Below, piece by piece: positions 58,153 to 64,000 of a stretch of DNA of 64,000 nt. The DNA is from Ramazzottius varieornatus (lineage: Eukaryota > Animalia > Tardigrada): positions 2,090,827 through 2,154,826 of the forward strand of contig BDGG01000006.1 of the NCBI GenBank assembly GCA_001949185.1, written 5' to 3'. A model generated the notes under the pieces. That model was given only the letters and a program-made list of their open reading frames with translations. It did no database searches and was not told where the DNA came from. Both the position numbers and the translations under genes were made by a program. How positions within the stretch are numbered: the stretch's first letter is position 1; each line of letters starts with the position of its first letter.

Positions 58153-60451
58153 CTAGTAGGAAGAAGATGGGTTGAAAGGGGTGAAAGAGACCGATTCGAG
58201 TTCTGCGTTTGGGTCCAGGCCGGGAACCCACCAGTTGTCGAACAGCGCAGGCTGCGAATTCGGATCGAAAGCGACGTGGGCCGAGGGGATCGAACTGTAG
58301 TTACGGCGACGCAGCGTGGCTTGTAGCGAAGCCAGCATGTATGGATTTGTTGCGGCGAGGTTTTGTTGCTCACAAGGATCCCTAGTCAAATCGAACAAAC
58401 AGTCGGCTTTCTGAGGGATGCATGGAGTGATCTCGTGAATGTTGGGCTGACTGGTGTCCTTGCATCTGACACTGGTCGGAACCCATTTCTTCATGGGATT
58501 TGCTTTCGATGTTCCTTCGGTACGATGTCTGAAATATAATAGCAACCAGCGGTGTGATCTGAAGCTTGTCTCAAGGAAAAAATTTTACAACGGATGGAGT
58601 TGCAAACGTACCATCCGCGGAAGCCAGGAACATTAGTATCAAGTTCTCCACCAATCATCTTATACAGCGTGCCGTCTTGCTCTTCGCGAATGATGGCATA
58701 CATGTTCCCCACGGAGTCGATTTTGTTCATCAAGTATTCACGAGGTCCCGGTTTGTCTCTACCTTCCAAAAGCCATTTCCAGTGGGATACGCCATCTACA
58801 GCCAGGTCGTCTCTCATGAGCGCCCTCTGTCCTCCAGCCGCTTCCCACAGGGTGGGTAGCCAGTCCGTGACGTGAAACAGCCGGTTCGCCACATATCCCC
58901 GTCGTCTGAAGAGTCCTGACCAGATGAACGAAACACAGCGAACTCCACCTTCGAACAAGTTGCCTTTGCCCATTCGAAGTGGCTCATTGCTTGCATGGTT
59001 AGCTTGTTCCAGGCGAGGGTTGCTGAGATCCGCGCCACCGTTGTCAGACATGAACGCGATAATAGTATTGTCCGAGATACCCTTAGCGTCCAGAGCGCGC
59101 TTGATTCTACCGACTTGCTCGTCCAACGCTTGTATTGCAGCTAGAAAAATCCCAACGTAGTGTATGTCGCGCCTTACTTTGAAAATCGCAACCAATTTTT
59201 TTGCTTACCCATCTGTCGTTTTCTTTCGATAAAGGTATCGTTCAGTAAATGCGCAGGCGATTTCAGCTGATAATTAGGCATAGAAAATTGGACACCTTTA
59301 TTGTACTCGTAGGACTTCCAGACGAGAGGTGTGGCAACGTGGAGGTAAAAGGGGTTTCCTGGGGTGAAGTTCTTGATAATCTGTTCGGCTTTTTCCGTGA
59401 TGAGATTCGGAAGGAGGTGGTTGTTCATAGCCTCAGGTGGAACTTTCTTCATATTCTCGAATAAGTCGCGACCAGATTGAACTCCCGGTGTAGCTCCTTT
59501 GTACGCCTACGTATTGCAAGGCAAAATAGTCCTGGTTTAGTGCGGTACTTGACGCCTGACACGGGTACTTTGAAACTACCCTTTTACTCACGGCGGCAAT
59601 GCTATAGTTGAAGAAATGAGTAGCACCGTGGGTATACCCGAAAAAGTAGTCGAACCCTCGCTGAGCTACAGATAAAAGAGGAAGTACGTCTAACTTAGGT
59701 GAAATCTTGTCGATGAGTCATTTGACGCTACCAAAAATTATCTTACTTGGGAATTAGGCGCGCGTATGAGATCCTATGTGCCACTGCAATGATTCAAACA
59801 CCGTCATAGTTTTAGGGACACAACAGCCAGACCTCAAGACATACTTTTCCAAGCAGCGCAGTGAAGTAGCCAGACTCCTTGAAGTAAGAGGGGGCGATTT
59901 TAAAATGGGTAGGGAGACCCCATGTCTCCCCCTGCCTAATGGCTCCAGTTTGCATACCTGCGGCAAGAGGAAGAAAACTCGGTCACGGTGATGCAACCAG
60001 ACAGCGACACCAAACAATGAAATTAGTCATGAAAACTGAAATGTTTTGAAGAACGGATATGGCACGTTTTGACCCGTGCGGAAAGTGTATTTTGCCGTTA
60101 TGAACGACGCTCTGGTCGGAGTACAGATTGGATTAGTGTAGTATATGTTCAATATCACGCCATCGTAGGCCAGAGCATCGATGTTCGGAGTCGGCGTTTG
60201 GAGATTTCCTTCCGAGTACCCCAAATCGGCATGACCCTGAAACCACACTATATTAGCACCTGCAAGTCAACAACAGTCAACAAAAGAACAAAAACAAAAA
60301 CAACAAATATTCGACCGAACAAAAATTGAGACGATCTTACCAAATCGTCCGCCATGATAACGACAATATTCGGCCGCCAGTCTTTCTCCACAACAGCAAT
60401 GGTGTATTCCGAGAGTACAGAGACAAGGGGTATTACAAAAAGATAATCCAT
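58153..60451 (-). CDS. Arylsulfatase (ARSB/I/J-like), multi-exon, with one in-frame TAA at 59754-59756 (possible pseudogene, null allele or sequence error)
   Basis: RPNIVVIMADDLG; TPNIDALAYDGVIL; catalytic CTPTRASFIT; GKWHIG; RGFDYFFGY; FMSDNGG; SNEPLRMGKGNLFEGGVR; HVTDWLPTL; CLFDLTRDPCEQQNLA. Confidence 0.9.
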
Positions 60452-61144
60452 GGCGCGGCTCGATTTAGTGCAACACTAGCGCACTAGGAGCGGGAACGGA
60501 AAATTCACCAAAGTACAAATAAGAATGGATACTGCAACCGTAGTTCTTGCATCCGCAAGGTAATGGCCAAGATTAGAATCTCATAATTCTTACAAAGCCG
60601 AACATCGTAAAGGCACTCGGAGAAACCTAGTTACTAACGGCAACCTTTCTTTAATGGCATAGCTACTTATACCTCATTCAAACCTTTACTAACAACGAGG
60701 AACCAAGAAACAGGGACAGAAGTCTCAATTCTATTGCGAGACTAGACGTCCGTAAGGAAAAAAAGGGTAAGAAAGTGACGGGCTTCTCTTTCCATGCTTT
60801 CTTCAGTCAACACCCTGGAACATTAATACCGAAACCGATTTAAAAACTTGCAAGAAGGAAACAGTCGAAAATGTTACGGGATACTGTGATTTTAAGCCCG
60901 TGGTTTCTCTGCTGGTCGGTCGTTCTTCTTTCCGGCCTTGTCGTCCTTCTTAACCAAACCTTTGACGACGAACTCTTTTCCGCTGTTGAGAGCGTCACGT
61001 CCCTCCTTGGTATTACCACTGGTGCGGTTCTGTTCGTAACGTTTCCCAATCTCGTTCAGCACTAACTTGTTCGATGGAGAAGCTTTTCTGCAAAAAGAGA
61101 TATGCCTTCTATGTCACTGACAACAACCAAGCAGTCGACAGATA

Positions 61145-61726
61145 TTACCCGTATTTCTTCTCGAATCCCTGAATGCTCCACTCCGCGTCATGCAGGTTGC
61201 CTTCTCGTTCCCACGAAGCCTGATCGAGAGGCCATCCCACCCACTCGACCAAGTACAGCGTCTTAGAACCTCTCACTCCGTCGTAGTAACAGCCATGGAT
61301 GGTCTGCATTTCGTAGACGTGCTTCCCTGCATCAAACTTACTCGACTTCTTCTTCTTGCTCGCTCCTTCCGTCTTGCCAGCTGCAGCGGGTTTGGCACGT
61401 TGGTTCTTGACCTTGGGCATCCCCTTGTTGTACTTTTGGTGGACCTTGGGTCTCAAACTCTGCAACAAGGAAGCTCGTTTGGCCTTCTTGTCCACTTGTT
61501 TGGAGGCTTGCTCGCGATTGTAGGGAGTGGCTACCGCGTAGAGATCATCATCGTTGAGAACAACTTTCTGCTCGGAGTCACGAGCTCGCGTGGCAGGAGT
61601 GACGTCACGGGAGCGTGAGCGGTCATCGTCTTGATGATCGTGTTGGTGATGATGGTGCTGGTGGAGGTACGGATGCCGTGAGGTGCTGGCGTCTCCGCCT
61701 CCTTGATTAAACATACCGGCATCCAT
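61145..61726 (-). CDS. Intronless protein with a His-rich and Lys-rich N-terminal region and a C-terminal chromodomain (about 193 aa)
   Basis: VYEMQTIHG...TLYLVEWVGWPLDQASWEREGNLHDAEWSIQGFEKK matches the chromodomain pattern YEVExI..YLVKWxGW...TWEPxxNL; first ATG at 61726. Confidence 0.85.
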   Translation of the reverse strand: MDAGMFNQGGGDASTSRHPYLHQHHHHQHDHQDDDRSRSRDVTPATRARDSEQKVVLNDDDLYAVATPYNREQASKQVDKKAKRASLLQSLRPKVHQKYNKGMPKVKNQRAKPAAAGKTEGASKKKKSSKFDAGKHVYEMQTIHGCYYDGVRGSKTLYLVEWVGWPLDQASWEREGNLHDAEWSIQGFEKKYG

Positions 61727-62379
61727 CGCAGATCCTAGCACAACTTTCAACACGGAAGATCAGCGGAAAGTCTAGCTGACGAATTTCGTACAAGAAACAA
61801 AGTTCCGTTCGTGCAGCTGAACTAGTTTCGAACGGACTTTGCTTTACTCCCCGAAACTTGATACATTGGTTGCCTGGCATTTTGCGGTAGTAACAATTTA
61901 TTCGATACGTGTTGTAACGTGTCATGGCACTCCTAAGAATGAGCCACAGGCTAGCTAAGATATAATGTCGGGTATTTGATGTCTAAGAGCTGGGCAGTCA
62001 GCGCTGGTTCATGGTGATTGTCAGTTGGCTCGAGGAAAAGTAAAACAAAGTACTGTATAAACAGCGACAAGAGATCTCGCGCAGATAATCCTTACGAAAT
62101 TTCCCCATATGGGTGCTACGACCCACTTTGCAGGGTTTCTTTTGCGGAAGAGAGACTTTCCAGTTTGAATATCTTCCGTCGCTCTCCGATTTCTTCCAAA
62201 AATATTTCCCCAAATAGCATATCCTCGCTCTATCGAACAAACATGGATTTTTGGCACAAAATCAAGAGATGAGGAAGAACGAAAATAATCCATTTGGTTG
62301 CTACAGGAAAGTAGGCTGTGGTACCCACATGCAAACATTTCACAATAGACTTTTGCGAGTACAGCGAGCTGCTTTTAGA

Positions 62380-63545
62380 TGCACCTGCCGTACCTGCTCG
62401 AGACAAGGTTAGCTTTTTCTGTGCTTTCAAGAACCGCAAGCCTCACCAAGAGTTTCCAGTCTCCGGTGAATGTGGTATACTTTGACGATGGTACCGTTGG
62501 TAGCAAGACTGGCCCTGTCTTGTCGGATTTGCAGGTGGTGATGAAAGAAGGGAAGAATCTGGGACTCGAACTGAGCCCAACCAAGTGTTAGCTGTTCGCG
62601 TTTAGAGACTCGCTTCAAGAGCATCGAGCCAACGAAGACGCAGCAGCGACTGCGTGCCCTGATATCCTGTTCCCGTCCAAGAGTGGCCTGAGCCTTTTAG
62701 GTGCACCGCTGATGGAAGAGGGTCGGGAGGAAGCCGTTCGCGCAAAAACAAGTAAGATCAAGCTGGTTCACTCAAACGAACTTGTTGTTTGCCCACCTGG
62801 CCCTCTTCCTGCTGAAGAAATGTCTCTGCCTCCCGAAATCTCTCTACATTCTGCGGTGTTCTCCTGTCTGGAAGCTCCCGTGGGTATTGGAGGAGTTCGA
62901 CGAGGTGGTTCGTGAACGTCTGGTGGAGGTAATCAACGTTTAACACTCATAATACCGGGGGTACAACTCGGTTTCGCAGCGCACGGTTACCTGACCGCAA
63001 ATCACTTCCTGTGCAGCTTTGGCAGTTCAGTGATTTTTTTTGCCTGTAGTGGCAAGTTCTCTATGACATGTAGCTGGTGACCGCTGGCTAAACACTACGT
63101 AGAGAATTAGAAATATTTTACAAGGTTCGAGGGCAAACTGCTCCCAACACATGTTCCAGGTCCTCCTTCACGCGCCAAGTGTTTCAACAACTGGGAAAAA
63201 ATTCAGAACAACTAATAATCACTTCTTTACAACATTATATCTCCAGCGTCCAACTAGCGGTTGTCCAGTGGTCAGACAAAAACTTGCAAGTTGCTCGTGG
63301 CTTTTCGACGTATGGCGCAGCCCATGACGTCACGAACGATACTACCACTGGTGGCGCCGCCAAGGTGGCAAGAAGCAAATTCAATTTTTCAGATTTCTAT
63401 TTTACGCATTGCCCTTTTACGCATTTTTCGCATTGCCCTGTCCCAGAAAGACTGAGCGAAGAACGATGATCGTTTGTGGCTCACAAGAGACGACCGGACG
63501 GCATTACGCCAGTTCCATGGAAGAACGGTAAGGTGCTCGTTTGGC
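62380..63545 (+). mobile_element. Decayed RLE-type non-LTR retrotransposon fragment (CRE-like)
   Basis: RT NVVYFDDGTVG...LGLELSPTKC, LLGAPL, HLALFLLKKCLCLPKSLYILRCSP; later RRPDGITPVPWKNGKVLVW (restriction-like endonuclease PD motif); stops, frameshifts and a large internal deletion or insertion. Confidence 0.8.
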
Positions 63546-64000
63546 AAGTCCAGATCTCTTCAGTTTTCAAGCAGCGAGCGTTAGTGGATATTCTTCGCGT
63601 CCGCACACCACCTTTTCTCCACCTTTATCCGGACGTATCACCTTTCGTTCCCCACCTTTGATTAATTAGAATTTAGAATCTCTGCGCACCACTTTTGCTC
63701 TTAAGAGATGCGTGCTGGCGGTTATGTACGTGGATAGGTTCTCCGGACACGCACCACTTTCGACTCAACCTGTAGTTCGGAGTATCCCAACAATAAACGT
63801 CTAGCAGTATTGGAAAAAGTTGTAGTAGCAGTTATGAATGCGATAGTAGCAGCGACAACGATGTGTGCCGTCAAGAAGCCGAATTCCCTACGTATGAGCC
63901 TTTGAAAACAGCTCTTGCGGACTACCAGAAGCGAACGTTAACAACCTTCAACGTCAAAAGAAGTGTTTTGAAAGACACTCATTCGTTTCGCGACACCTTG

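Overview
Compact, intron-rich eukaryotic (invertebrate animal) genomic DNA with short introns and four 50-N assembly gaps. The style and gene content would fit a tardigrade-like genome, but that is only an inference. From left to right: (1) a transposon-rich block with TA-flanked MITEs, a decayed pogo/Tigger-type DDE transposase and a decayed DIRS/Ngaro tyrosine-recombinase retrotransposon; (2) single-exon FoxG with a homeodomain-site-rich upstream region; (3) RPB4 head-to-head with synaptojanin; (4) a multiply disrupted SID-1/SIDT-like gene; (5) a TSP1-repeat trypsin-like protease; (6) two divergent hypothetical genes, one with candidate LC8-binding motifs; (7) a two-exon class A GPCR and a GPCR pseudogene; (8) an ABCC1/MRP1-like transporter with two GC-AG introns; (9) an arylsulfatase with one in-frame stop; (10) an intronless C-terminal chromodomain protein; (11) a CRE-like non-LTR retrotransposon remnant. 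I cannot support a wholly new multi-gene system. The most unusual signals are a GTAC-targeting MITE family that stays exactly 197 bp while its TIRs diverge and that links to a pogo transposase, the lesion record of the SID-1-like gene, a modular hairpin repeat family, the K50 site cluster upstream of FoxG and the chromodomain protein. All coordinates were read by eye; exon boundaries are inferred from splice consensus and frame continuity.
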